In this document: positions 25,318-39,100 of the stretch, one piece after another
How the letters are laid out: each line of letters begins with the position of its first letter
Position numbering within the stretch: the first letter of the stretch is position 1
Assembly (NCBI GenBank): GCA_973895155.1
Contig: OZ316893.1
Span: forward strand, 8,270,963 to 8,334,962
From: Marsupella aquatica
Lineage: Eukaryota; Plantae; Marchantiophyta
Length of the DNA: 64,000 nt
Direction of reading: 5' to 3'
The notes under the pieces: model-generated
What the model was told of the DNA's origin: nothing
The model's input: only the letters and a program-made list of their open reading frames with translations
Database searches by the model: none
Program-made: the position numbers and the translations under genes

Positions 25318-28257
25318 AGGCAATCTGGTACAACCCATAGTTACTGAGTTACGTGCAAATGACCTGGATGGAAAGATTCGAGCAAAAAAAGGCAGAAGGA
25401 ATTAAAAACCGTGAACCGAACCCATCATTTCCACCCTGTAGGAACAATTGCAAGTAAGTCACAAAATTGAGTGTATATTAACAAAGACCTCATGTGGGCC
25501 TGCTTACGCAACACTCCGAAGAAGCTACCAGTGCCATGACCAGTGCCCACCGGCATGCCATCTTGAGTCACTCAGCTTGCCATGGCCTTCACCACCGTCC
25601 TAACACAACTGCTGTTGTGGTCATCTAGGTGCAATCTGGAATCAGAAATTTTTGCATCTTCATCTCTTATTCAATTGTGCTTTGAGTAAAAACTGGGACC
25701 CTACTGAAAGCATCACATCTGCAATTATTTTGGTGATAGTCATTGGACCTGTGAACCCAAACCTACCCGCAACCTAGATGTGGTCACTTGGTGCTGACTA
25801 GATTATTTCCAGAATCACCAGGTGACAATATTCCGTCGTCATAGCATAGTTCACTATCTTTGAATGTGAAAATGTCAGTTGAACTTGCTTCCAGACTTTT
25901 GCAGGTGGTCACTGTAATTTCCCCAACCACAAAGTTTTCTCAATCTATTTTTTCCACTAATCAAATCATGTGTTAGTGGCCGAATTCAACTAGAAAATTA
26001 AAGTATTTATCTATTTTGCCTTATAGAGGGTTTTTCACTGTCATGTCTAGACTGTACTGCCCCCCCCCCCCACATTTCCAGCCCACCATGTGCGGAATGC
26101 CACCTGCTTGCCTTAGGTGCCAGTTTCTTAAACCATAATTTTTGTGTGAATCTGATTACTACTACGGTAACCAGCAACTGAGCCCCCCAGCCCCCCAGCG
26201 CCCCCCCGGTGGGGATTGGCCTCCCGACCGTATTGTAACCAGTGTGATCTCTTTAGTTATCCCTTCCTGTAATTTTTTTTTTGCATTTCTTTGGAAATTA
26301 TGAGCCCAATTCCTATGAGATTTCAGCCCCCTGGCTAGCCCATCTGAAGGGTTCCAATTTTGGGAATAATTTTTGGGTAAAAAGTAGCGCAAAACTACAC
26401 TCAGGGGTTACATTCATTAATCCATGGCCACTCTGGGCCATGGCTGTAACAGCCTCGGGCACCTGCTCTAGAACTACATCCCCTTAAATAATTAGTGGGG
26501 TGATTTTTATTGTTCTTGGCCTATCAGATCTTGCCGTGTATGCAGCTTCATACTTAAGAAATTTCCGTCATATTTGGAGTGCAATTGTACGGTATTCAGT
26601 TCATGTAATCCAGCTGGCAAGATTTAATCTTGCAAGGTTTTGAAAAATAAAAGGATTCCCAGGGTGGGGGCCAATGTCTATTGATTTGCAAATGACTCAA
26701 TTGAGCCTGACTGATGAATAAGAAGAATTGGTCCCATGAAGTGTTTCTCCTTGGGCCCATGGGTTGGTTACCCTACACACCATTCTGGGAGGGTGAGGAG
26801 GGATGGGGGCATGGGGCGCCCCATGCACCAGGGCCCATTATTTCCGTTGTACCATGTGCAATTGGGTGGACGGTGAGTGAACCTTTTATTCGTTCTCTTG
26901 TCTGTCTAATAGTTGAGTTTATCCAACAGTTCATTCCATCTCAAAAAGGGGAAAAAAGAAGTGAGTTTATACGAAGATTTGTGGACGGTGCAGTTTCGGT
27001 GGACGGTGACATGTGTAGACATAAACAATACACGCGAAAAGGAAGAGGAAGCGATCCAATCTGACTTGTAGATTTGAATGCGGCAGACTGTTCAGTAGTG
27101 GTAAAGTAACGGGAAAAGACGGGAAGTTGTTGTAAGGCAAGTGATATAAAACGATCCGAGGAACGCCATCCAATCTCGTCCTTTTTCCTCGGAATTGAGT
27201 AGCGAGAACTCGGACTGAGAGAAAGTGAGACAGAGAGAGAGAGAGAGCGAGAGAGCGAAGCAAAAAGGGAGAAAGGAAAGGGCGAATTGTACTGTTGACG
27301 AGCGCTCCGCATTCCATATCCGAGAGAGAGGTGCGAAAGATTGATCGGCTGGCTGGCTGCTCGGCGAGCGCGTGGGTAAAAAGACAGACGGACAGAGGAG
27401 CACAAGCAAAGCGCACACTCTTCCCGCATCTGGCGCGAGGTCATGATTGTGCTTGGCCTCAAGGGAAACACCTCATCCGATCAAAGGCGGGGCCCCTTCA
27501 ACGTCTCTCTTTGCCCATGAGCAGACAGGCAGCACTGGAGTTGCCACCTGCGGAAGTCTAGGCAGACACTACAGTAGCTGAGGGACGCATTGAAAAGCTC
27601 TCGCATTCGCCTAGTCCTGTCTTGTCCAGCCCGATCCGATCGTCTCATCGTCGGGCTCGTTCTTCTTGTCGCTCCTCGAGCCTGCTCTGCAGCTCTGCTC
27701 TGCTCTGTCTGTCCCAGGTTGCGGATATCCACGTCCACGCTGGACCCTTGTTTTGACATGCACCGCTGCGCATTCGCGTCCTAAAGCTTCGCCGCAAGAG
27801 TTGGACAGAAGAGGAGGACGTGCAGCTCGCACCACGGTGCTGCTTGTTAGTGTCAAATCCTCGATTGCCAGCGAAAGCAAAAAGGATAGGTAGCTTGTGC
27901 GTTCATAGTCAGGTCGCAAGCAAAGAAAGGAGGGAGTGCGACCACCTGGCGACTTCTATAGCTAGCGAGCAACAGGTTTCTGTCGTAGCTGCTACTTGCA
28001 CCCACAGGCCGCATTCTGGCATTACGGAGGGATATAGATCTGACGGTTTCGAAATTAGCCTAGAGTCTTGCATTGCTCGACAAGCATTTCGTTGGGGTCA
28101 TTGCCTTCCGTTGGCTCTGGAGCACCTGCACGGAGAGTAGCGATGGAGCGTAGTAGTGTCATTCCGGATAGTTGATCACACACGAGCGACGATCGTCCTC
28201 TTCTTGGCTGGGTTGTAAAATTGCCGAGGGCGGGGTGTGTCAAAGAAGGAGGCCAAG

Positions 28258-31200
28258 ATGACGGCAATTTCGGCTTTCATCACGTCCTTGGTCACTTCGT
28301 TAATAATTTTTCTAGTTCTAGCGGTGATTTTCACGTATTTGGCGAGGAGACCCGGCAACAGAGTGGTATACTTTCCAGCTTTAATTCTAAAAGGCAAGGA
28401 AACGCCTGACTCGGCTAAGTCTCGAGCTCCATGGAAGTGGATGGTGGAAGCATACAGCGTCACAGAAGAAGAACTGGTCGACATCGCCGGTCTTGATGCC
28501 GTCATTTACCTCCAACTCTTCACCACTGGTAATTTTCTAATTAGTGCTCACCACTACTGGACGGTTGAGCTAATGCCGCACCCCACCCCCCACAAAAAGA
28601 ATCAATACTCTTTGCTCCATTTCCGTCGAGGAGCTCGTTGGTGAGTTGTATGGGCTGTCTTGTTGTGTTAACTCATTTCCTGGGATGTCCTGAATAATAT
28701 TGAAAATCTTGAAACGCGCCTCAGTCGAACCCAAAATTCCAATCGAGTTCATGATGATTGCGTCTACTACACAAGGCGAAATGCTTTTCATCTGCATTAC
28801 TCTAATGTTATTTTATCATCAAGTCACTTGCCTCAACCCAATGTTTCTCTCATGTGCAGTTTGTCGTCCACGTTGGACCATTTTAGGCTATTCCTCTGGC
28901 TTCTTTCTTCTGCTCCTGTGCCTCCATACAGCACCCACATAATCATGTCCATGTGAGAGCAGCAGCGCCTTGGTTCGTATTGTTCTGAATTAGTGTTTAT
29001 CTTGCTTGACTTGCAGCTCTGAAGATCATACTGTACTCGGGGGTCTTCTTAATTCCGACGTTAATCCCTCTGGCTCTCACCGATCACAACATCAGTGCGA
29101 ATAAGGCGCAAAATAACGCAACAACCCCACTAGATCACTTGGCTATGACTAATATCCAGGTGAGTTTAAGAGTTTGCTGTTCTTCAGGACTTCCATTTTT
29201 GCTTTTCCTCAGCTACTGGGCTGATCGCTGAGGACATGTTCATGGGCATTGATGCGTGGTTCGCAATTTTGTTCAGGCTCTCATTAGTGATGGTCCTGTT
29301 TGCGCAGAGCAAGAGTAGTCGAATATGGGCTTACCTGGTCGGTATGTACGTAATATCATTTATCACCTACTATGTGCTCATCCAAACCTACAAGCATGTA
29401 ATCCATTTGCGGGAACATGCCCAAGCAACTTTGAAGGCTCCCCCGGAACAGTTTGCCTGCCTGGTACGAGACATTCCCAAGTTGACGAAGGGCGAGTCAC
29501 GGAGCGAGCAGGTGGACCAGTTCTTCAGAACAATGCATCCCGATACCTACGAGAAGGCTACGATTGCGACGAAGTTGAAAGAGGTAAACATGCACAAGAA
29601 CGATATGATCTCTGCCTCTCGCTATAACCCCTCTCTGGTTCGACTACTTCTTCCATTGAATGTGTCTGCGAGAGAAATGTCGTCAAGTTTGGGGCAGAGT
29701 CCTGTACATTGCCAACCTGACACCACTTTTGCGTATTTGCAGGCTTCCAAGGTGTGGACGAAGCTGGAGACAGCCAAGTCCAAACTTGCCCATGCAGAAG
29801 CTGTCTATGAGCAGTCAAAAGCGAATGGACATCCCGAGGGCGTCCGTCCCACCCACAAGACAGGGAAATTTGGCCTGTACGGAAAGAAGGTGGATTCCAT
29901 TGACTACTGGAGTGAGCAAATCAAGGAATTACCGCCTCAATTGCAAGAGACCCAGTCCCACACCCTGGTGGATGATGAACAAGGAGCTGCAATGGTCTTT
30001 TTTAACAGCAGACGTGCTGCAGCTGCGGCATCCCAAGAGAAACATTCTTCTTTCGCCGATAAGTGGCAAGTCCTTCCAGCACCGGAGCCCCGCGCAGTGA
30101 TTTGGGAGACGATGCATATAAGTTTCTACCAGCGATTGGTTCGGGAGAAATTGATTACTGTGATTGTCTTCTTGATAGTGGTGTTCTACATGATCCCCAT
30201 CGCCTTTATTGCTGCTCTCAGCACAATTGATAATCTCACCAAATACCTTCCGTTCCTCAAGCCTGTCGTCAAGATTAAACCTATCAAGACTGTTATCCAG
30301 GCTTATCTTCCCCAGCTGGCCCTCATTATTTTCCTCGCACTTCTGCCCATGCTTCTTACTCTTCTCTCCAAGGCAGAAGGAATAGTGTCCAAAGCCCATC
30401 TTGCCCGTTCAGCTAGCGGGAAATACTTCGTCTTCATGGTCTTCAATGTGTTCATTGGCTACTCTCTTTTTGGCACACTGTTTAGCAGCGCAGACAGTAT
30501 CAACGCCCTCAAAAAAAGTGGCGGCGTGAGTTTCAATTCTATCATCACCCTGTTTGGGTCACAGCTTCCTCCCAATGCGACCTACTTCATCACATTTGTT
30601 GCTCTCAAGTAAGTTGTGCACTTTCCCTGATGTGAAGAAGTTACTCTTTCAGTTGGAATTGCGAAAGCGTATGTTGTTTAATGCAAATCTATTCTGCGGA
30701 TATACTGTACTTACTAGTCATTAATGCTGTTATACGGTTCTTCAGATTTTTCGTTGGATATGGATTGGAGCTATCACGATTAGTCCCACTGATCATTTAC
30801 CATCTAAAGAGGAAGTATCTCTGCAAAACTGAAGCTGAAGTGCAAGCTGCATGGGCACCGGGCCCTTTCAACTATCTTTCCCTAATTCCAAACGATCTTC
30901 TCGTCATTGTCATTACCTATTCTTATTCTGTGATCGCCCCATTGATTCTCCCTTTCGCACTCCTCTACTACGGTATCGGCTGGTTCGTGTATCGGAATCA
31001 GGTATGACTGGTTGCGACGAGCCCTGTGTTTAGAATTTCTGTTAATCGTTTGCATTTACTTTAGCTCCAGTTGCTGAATATATTTTAATGTCGAGCTTTC
31101 AAATGCCTTATTTAATGTGGTACTTCTAGCTCACTAGTTCTTTCGTTGACATGGCAGGCTCTCAAGGTTTATGTGCCAAGTTATGAGAGTGGAGGTCGAT

Positions 31201-31616
31201 TCTGGCCACACATCCACAACCGTTTTCTGGTGGGGTTGGCCGTTGCACAAATCACGGCGATCGGATATTTCTCAATCAAGAAGTTCGCATTTGTGTTTTT
31301 CCTCTTCCCCCTCCTGCTCATCACTCTCCTCTTCTACAACATTGCAAATAAAATCTATTACCCTTCATTCAAATACGTCTCCATTGGAACTGCCAGCGAA
31401 CCGGTGTCGCAAGTGCCCACACTTTCGTCCATCGTAGCTGCCTTTACTCCCGCTTGCCTACTGGATCCTTCAGCAACACCGGAGAGTGACAAGCCGGATG
31501 ATTCAAAATACGTGGACGCAGAATCGCAGTTGCCTTCCAGGAGCTCGTCAGGAATTGCGTCCCCATCAGATAATCCTCGCCCCATGGACACGCAAACTCA
31601 TCACAGCTCTTCATAA
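28258..31616 (+). CDS. ERD4: CSC1/OSCA-family (TMEM63-like) osmo/mechanosensitive cation channel, ERD4/OSCA3 type, ~756 aa
   Basis: Exons 28258-28528, 29017-29159, 29308-29583, 29743-30608, 30746-31001, 31158-31616; all GT-AG and frame-consistent. Motifs FITSLVTS, AGLDAVIYL, LVRDIP, GKKVDSIDY, APEPRAVIW, ATYFITFVALKFFVGYGLELSRL, YESGGRFWPHIH. Confidence 0.95.
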
Positions 31617-33086
31617 AACTATTCTTCTGTTATGTATGCATCATGGGCGGACAACAACAAACTCGTATATTGATTTGCGTGCCTGGCATACTCATTTTCC
31701 CTTCACGTGCCGAGATACTCTATGACAAAGATGTTCATGCGCTGCAGCATGTTCTAAACTAAACCCTAAACCACGAACAGAGCCGTTGATGTTGCAGCTG
31801 CTATCAAGATGAAGATAACGTGACGAGTTAAGTTGTTATCCGCGCATTTTGTCTATGTGGAAGAGGTTCATCTTTCATATATATACATCTCGATTTTTTC
31901 TTAGTTTAGTTCTAAAGCTGTGTAGAGGATCGAGAGACCCTCTCTTCTACTTCTCTTGTACAGTGAACTTCAGATGGAAGAGGAGCCATTATTCTGCTTC
32001 GAGTCATGTAGTCTCTCGCTCTTTCTTTCACGTCGAAGTCTTTCTTTCTTTCTTTCATCGTGATGGGATGTTTTCTTTTCTCAACTGCATCAGTCGATAT
32101 CTGTGTGTTATTTTCTATGGATTCTATTATTCGACTGATGAAGTAGATAAAGAATGCGCGTTACCAATAAGAAAATCACCACTGCATGCTGCAACGCTCA
32201 CTTCAAATTATGTTTGAGGTCTGCAGCCTCTGAGTGTTAGATAAATTTATTTGTGTTGAATTCTATGGATTTCAATTACGACGTAATGCAGCAATCAAAA
32301 AATGTAGATTATCAACAAGGGATTCCCCAGTGGAAGCTGGGTATCGATAACACCACTGCCACTTCTATGCTTCAATCCTCAGCTCGTATCACATTAAGTT
32401 TTGCAGGCTCTTGAGTAGGGGTCGCTCTCGTCTGGCACTTGTATTGACTTCTTGATTGAAGGGTTTCTGTCCTAGGCGTCTAATTCCGCTGATAAATATG
32501 TTTCATACTATCAGTGGCCTTGTATTTTCCGTGCCTTGTCGTTTCAGTCTCCCTTCTGGCGATATCGCCAAAAGTGTGCCTGAGGACTGAACATTCGGTG
32601 TGCTTGAGTTTACATTGGCTTTAAGGTTTCTTCCGCGTCGAGCTCAGGGCATGAAATCCAGGTCTACTGCGTTGCATTCACCGCAGAACACATTTTGGTA
32701 AAAATCTCTTGATATGAAAGGCCATCTTCTTTCCTTGGCGCTGAGGTCGTCCTCGCTGGAGGAACAATCCCTGGAGGAACAACTTCCATCAGGGTTTGTA
32801 AACTATAAAGCAAACCCTTTCCTCTATATTGTACTTTCCCAGCTAGTGGGAAATCAGAAACCTTATCCACATTCATCTGAAAAGTATGAATGGAGTCAGT
32901 GTGGAAACTCAGCACTGATAGATAATCAAGCGGAGTCTCAGCACTGACGATCGAGCTGAACGAACTGTGGTGCCACTCCCAGTTCAAATTGTACTATGAT
33001 GGTTTACTACCGCTGCCAATCCGGCAAAGAATTACCAAAACCTCTGCATTGCTTGTGTCACCCAGCTTCCCCTTTCTACTCCCCAA

Positions 33087-33312
33087 TCCCGAAGTCGAGA
33101 ATCTTGCCTTCCTTCCTCAGCCAGGTCCTTCAGCCGCTCGCTGCACATGCAGGCTGATGGTGCTGTATATTTATGTCTAAACTATCAGGCGCTCCACATG
33201 CAAGCGGATGGTGCTGTGAAAATATGTCTAAACTATCATTTCCTGAAGTCGAGAATCTTCCATTCATTCGTCAGCCAGGTACTTAAGACACTGCAGTGCA
33301 GGCTGATAGTGC
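33087..33312. repeat. Nested short duplications
   Basis: GAAGTCGAGAATCTT..TCAGCCAGGT twice and CACATGCA(G/A)GC(T/G)GATGGTGCTGT...TATGTCTAAACTATCA twice. Confidence 0.75.
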
Positions 33313-33651
33313 CCGGTACTTATACCAAGGGTTCTCAGGAAAGTCATTTATGGCTATCCGTGCTTGTTGCCCGTTGGCTCTTGCCCACACCGTCCGCAAA
33401 AATAAGTATGTAAACGCCAAAAATGGGCAAATATTTCTGTCCTGCAAGACTCTGGTCGAATGGTAGAGAGCTCGAGTGGATAGAAGGAGGTATCCGATTT
33501 GAATCTCCTCCTGCACGCGGAGTCTTTCAAGCTCCACTGCCCACGACAAAACCCGGATCCACCAGGTTTCACCATTTTCACTACCTTTATCCAGAAATTG
33601 TGGAACAAAGTCTCACTCAGAAAAACAAGAAATGGATAATGGTGACATAAT

Positions 33652-33836
33652 CACAAAACCCACCCAAAAAGTGGGATGGAGACAACTCCTAGTGACATGT
33701 AGAGAAACCGGCAATTTTCAGGTTTTATCAGACAGTAGGCTTCTTTAACACAAACCCGACCCAGAAAGTGGGATGGAGACAACTCTAGTGACATGTAGAG
33801 AAATTGGCAATTTTCAGGTTTTATCAGACAGTAGGC
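33652..33836. repeat. ~97-bp tandem duplication
   Basis: AAAGTGGGATGGAGACAACTC(C)TAGTGACATGTAGAGAAA..GGCAATTTTCAGGTTTTATCAGACAGTAGGC occurs twice. Confidence 0.9.
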
Positions 33837-35667
33837 GGGTGAGGCCGGGCGACCATTTTCAGGTATTATTGGGCAGCAGGCAGACAAGGATGCACAGCAC
33901 AAGGTCTGGAAGTCATTAAGCTCTTTCCAGGGAGTAGTCTCCCTGAATCTTAAGATGCTGAAGTGCAAGCTATGTTCATGTCTTAACTATCACTTCCCAT
34001 TCCATCATTATTTGGGCCTGAGGCAGGTTAAGCCCGTAGCGGCAATTCTTTGTGGCGCCTATCGATCGCCTAACATTTCCCCCAAACATCTAAGATTGAT
34101 AAGATTTCTACCATACACTTACTTACTATGCGAATGCCTGCAGTCATCCTCTGCAGTCTACTGGCTAGTTATATTAGTGGAAGCATTTTAAAGTTGTTTC
34201 TGTTTAACCTGTTCTCTCTTTGTCTTGACTTTATTGTACATCAAAGTTCTAGTAGGCGCACTTCAGAGCTTTCCAACAAGTCAAAATAGATATGTCTTTG
34301 AACTGGCCTACTACTGTATATATTGATCCTATCAGAACAGGATTTTCCTACAGAGGTGGCGAGGTTGTACACTTTTCCACTTCATGAGAGAAGCAAGGGG
34401 GGGGGGTGCTGCATGTATGAACCAGGTGATGCCATGTGTTGCCTGTGCTCCTAGGGGTGCTACACGAAGATAGCCTCCAAACCAGAGCAAAGGTACTTCC
34501 AGGATGTTTTGGGCTTGCCCAAGCCAAAAGCAAATTCTATTCTTTGAAAGGCTAAACAAGAACAGTTTGTATTTCTCAAAGAATTAGCCCTTAATCCACA
34601 ACACAAACTTTGAATTCTTTCTAAATAAGGCAAAAATTGAAGCTCGGATGGACCTCAAGGTATGCCCAATAATCCCAGACTGCAATGAATCTCTTTCCTT
34701 CTCATGTTGTACATAATACACAGATGAGTAACTGTGACAAGGAAATGAGACTATCCACCTTGGAAATTCATAGGTCTTTGAATCCTCAATGAAGTTTGGC
34801 CATATTAGACCATTCCCCAAATCGCTAAGCAATAATATGCATATTTTAATTAGGCTAGGATTGCAGGTGGTACTAGCACATATACACTAGGTGAACCCTC
34901 CAGGCACTCATGGAAAACCTTTCCAACATATGTCTAGCTAGCCCAAATAAAATACGACTCATTTCAATAAAGAGGGAGATAATGTCAAATGAGCTGCTCA
35001 AAAACTTTTGGAAGCACAAAGTGCGCACAATGTCGATGAATGATCTTTAGAAATCCAAAACTTTCTCAATCTTCATGGACACTAGAGATATTAGACTGGT
35101 TGAAAGATAATTCTTTGCAAGCCGCTTCTAACCAACCCAAGCTAGAAGAGCCAGTCGAGTTGATAAAAGGAGATATGAAAGGCCAAAATCTACTATGTAA
35201 TGACATGGGAGTCAAAGCCAAAAGAGACAAAATATGCCCCCTTTCCATTAAGATATTTGGGTCACTAAACCCTCCATCATCAGTCTGACGGGCTTCTTTG
35301 ATACGCAGTCATGGAAGGGCGGGTTCCATAGGACCACCACTATTTGAATGTGTTAACTATACACATTTGTCAGCAAATTTGAGAGACCTGATAGATGCTC
35401 AAGCTTGAGCATTCTATCATAGATCACCATTGGTACTAGTGTGCCTTGCCGCCCCCCCTCCCCCTCTTAACATACACCCATGTCCCACCTGCAGAGTTAG
35501 TTAGAGCACTAGATGTGGACCATTAGCTCTTCACATTAAGTGGTAGCTCTCTTTCCCCTCTTTTCTTTCCCCCCTACTCTAGTGTTTTGTCTTTCCCAGC
35601 GTTGGGCCTCTTTTTTCCATTCATTTTGCTTTGTTTGGCCCTTTGTTGTAAAGTATGTCCACATTTT

Positions 35668-36735
35668 AATTTTGAAGGCAATATAATGAAGAAACTTCTA
35701 CCGACCTTTTGAAGGGATTGGCCCAAGCCACAAACAGAATTAAATATCCCTTTGAAGGCAATAAGTTCTACAGTACATCTTTTTGAAGGAATTGCCCCAA
35801 GCCACAAACAGAATTAAATATCCTTTTCAAGGCAAGATAAAGAAGAAAGTTCTACACTACATCTTTTGAAAGGATTGGCCCGAGCCACAAAATTTGAATG
35901 TACCTTTGAAATCAAGATAAAGAAGAAGGTTCTTGGCCCAAGCCACAAACAAAACTGAACATTCTTTCGAAGGCAAAATATAGAAGAAAGCTGTACAGTA
36001 CTTACACAAAAAATTTTAAATCAGGAAAAAACAAAGTACATTCAAAGGAAAGAAAAGGAGTTCCAAGGAAAAGCATGTGCAAACCTAAAAACTAAAGAAA
36101 ATAAAGGGAAGAGTGTCAAACACTGCATGAAGTACATCTTTTGAATGGATTGGCCCAAGCCACAAAATTTGAATGTCCCTTTGAAATCAAGATAAAGAAG
36201 AATGTCCTAGATCTTCTCAAGGGATATGACCGAGCAACAAAAACAAAATTAAATTCCCTTTGAAGGCAAAATGAAGAAGAAAGTTTTACATCAGTGTTTT
36301 TTTTAGTGGCAAAAATTTGCTAGATTCCACCTCCCCAAAATTAGTTTGCCACTTTTGGTGAAAATTTGCTACTATTTTGCTTTCTCATTAGCCAGTGTTC
36401 CACCTAATCCCAGGTCCCTTAGCTAGAATCTAACGGTCAGCCTTAAATCTAGGGAGATCTGACGGTCAGGAAAGTAATTGAATAGGGAATCTTTTGAGCA
36501 TCTTCTCCTTCACACACTTTACATTCGTCACTCTGGGCGAAAAAGTGAAATCCTTAAAAAGAAAGCTGTACTACATCTTATGACACAGATTGGCCCGAGC
36601 CACAAACAAAAATTAAATGTCCCTTTGATGGCAAAATAATGAAGAAAGTTCTCTTGAAGATCCACCTTTTGAAGGGATTGGCCCAAGCCACAAACATATT
36701 TTGAAGGTCCTTTCGAAGGCAAAATAAAGAAAAAA
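35668..36735. repeat. Degenerate ~60-90-bp minisatellite, about 8 units, interrupted twice
   Basis: Core GATTGGCCC(A/G)AGCCACAAA...CCTTTGAAGGCAA at ~35716, 35790, 35873, 35933, 36148, 36222, 36587 and 36676. Confidence 0.88.
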
Positions 36736-39100
36736 GTTTCCTATTCTGGGAGGCAGCGGATTTAGGCTCTCAATTCGAGCCTTGTCGGAAGTTGCACTTT
36801 GTCCCTTTCCAGTCACACAGTCCTACTCCACTTCTGATGGCTCGTGGCAAGAATTTAATCTTTAGTGGCTGTCAATTTTAAGTTGCTGCCAAATCTTAGT
36901 GGTCCCCTCTCCTCTCCTCTGCAGCTCTGCCTGTCTGCCATGAACTCAGCCATAGATAGCTTGGCCAATTTTCTCGCCCACCTCATTCTGCTACACTTGG
37001 CAAGTTCTTGAACATTTTAGCCCTTGCCAACTCGAAGGAAGTGACGAACGCAGATGTACCCTGTGCGTGAGCTGCTCAATCTGCATCAATGTATGCTGCC
37101 ACGAGCAGATGCCATCAATCAGCCCAACTTCTAAACCACGACTCGTTCCACTTCCGTGTGTGGAGATGACAGGACCCTTTACAGATCACAAGATTCATTA
37201 GTCCTCGTGTGCTTTTGAAACGGAATGAAAGAAAGGGAACTCAGAAAGAAACAGGCAGCTCGAATGGAGTGCGAACTGCGGACACCTCGAACTCAGAGCT
37301 TGAGACGGGGTAAATTTGGTTCCTGAGCATCCTCTCGTACGAAGTTTACTCGAAATGCTTTGGTCTGAGATTGATCCCAACGGAAGAAGTTGAAGCCGGA
37401 TACAAAATTTCGTCAGTGGTTAGAAGCAACTTCGTTCGTCCTCCCACAGTCGACCACGCACAGGCCTCCGAGCAGTACTACTCTAGTGCTGTGCTTTACA
37501 GCATGAGCGTTTGTACCATCTTTTTAATTTTTTATTTTAACTGAGAAACTGGTGAACTCACCTCGATACCCAAAATCGATTAGCTTTGATGCTGAACATC
37601 TCGACCCTTACTGTCAACATCGATTGGGCAGCAAGGAAAGAAACAGACTGAAATATTTCAGTAGCAGTAACAATGTGGAAAGGTGAGGAACGTTCCTTCG
37701 ATGGCAGGAGCTTTTAGTAGCCCAGAGAATTTCTAAGGTGATCACCCACCAGCCCACAAGGATGGAGAACCGGCCGACATAGACAGAGTCCAGGTAGACC
37801 GGCGCCATTGGTTTTCCAGGTCACATTTCTATCACAACAGTAAATAGTATCATGGGAGTGAAATGTGAGAATTGTGGTACTGAGAACATTGCGCCTATGA
37901 ATCCGTAGGACGGGTCAGTGTACGCGTTGCTCGTGTTCATTGTTTTGCTTTAAAAAACGACAAGTAATGGGAGCGAATCGAATCCAAGCAGATGGTAGTC
38001 TGACACTGCTGCGTGGCGCAATTTTGCAGGTCCTCTGCTGTTTGTCATGCCCTTGTAATCCGCGTTGTGCAAAGTCTTGATTCCTGAGCGTTGATTACTT
38101 GTTTGATTACTTTCTTCACGCTTCACTAAAAATCTGGGTCCTAGATATCTCACGGATGCCACACCCTCTTGAGATATAACAGAATTTTCTGGGACGCATG
38201 CCTTCCATTCGGCCGTTCAAAGCTCACTCAGTGACGAATCCAGTGGTCAGAACAAAGAACTCGCCTCTTTCAAGCATTATCCGTGCTTTATTTGGAGGCA
38301 CATGTGATAGTTTCGACGTTGCAGGCTCTGGAGTGGGTGCTGTTGCATCATCGTTGGGGTTCATCAGAAACGGAATTGGGCGGCGGTATTGGGCATTAGT
38401 GATTGCAGTGGCAACAAACGTCGACACACTTGTCCTGAAAGTCTTAGTTTCCTTCCCTGGAAATTTTTGGTCATGTGAGAAAGCAAAATTGCCCCAAATT
38501 GTGAGTGCATACAAATGCTGTGACCTGCTGGGAGGGGCTGGAGAAAGTTGATTGGGAAATGTTATGAATTAGTGGAACTTTTGAAGAGGACATAGAAAGG
38601 AAGCTAAACAGATTTCTCATCCATTTACAGAGTAAGGCAAGAACTATATAGAAAAAGTGACGAATCTGTTGGTCAACAACAACTGTAAAGAAATGGCATT
38701 CGGTCCCCTTTTCTTCGTTCATGCGATGGTATGTTTCAAATGCCTCGTACTGACTGCGTTATTAGCTTTTATAGCTTTTTAGAGATAGTCGACGTCGACA
38801 GAGAAGACGGTCCTCTTTACTTACAAGCTTCATAGGTCTTGAGAGAGAGAGAGAGATTACCGTCTCAATTGTTCACAGACGATTAATCCTGAACTGCTGC
38901 TACTGGCTTAGTTCATCCAGGACGAGAGAGAGGCAGAAAAGGAGTGCCATACTCTGTTGTGCTGTACTCGGTTGGTTGAAGGAGCTCAGCAAACAAATCT
39001 GGTGACAATTCGAGATAATCTGAGAGATAGCTACGACAGCTCCAATCTGTCGCTGTGAATGTGATTTGCAAAGAATTATCACCAATCGACGCTCGTAGAC

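Noticed and set aside
26714-28267. Many overlapping ORFs upstream of ERD4
   Set aside because: Expected in a GC-rich leader/promoter; low-complexity translations.
34330-35400. Possible further LINE 3' relic on the minus strand
   Set aside because: Only vague resemblance; no diagnostic motif readable.
35668-36735. CRISPR-like repeat/spacer appearance
   Set aside because: The intervening sequences are homologous to each other, spacing is irregular, there are no cas genes, and the context is eukaryotic.
36900-38760. Possible minus-strand gene divergent from the UGT
   Set aside because: CpG-rich, but I could not build a consistent spliced ORF or recognise a domain; needs RNA-seq.
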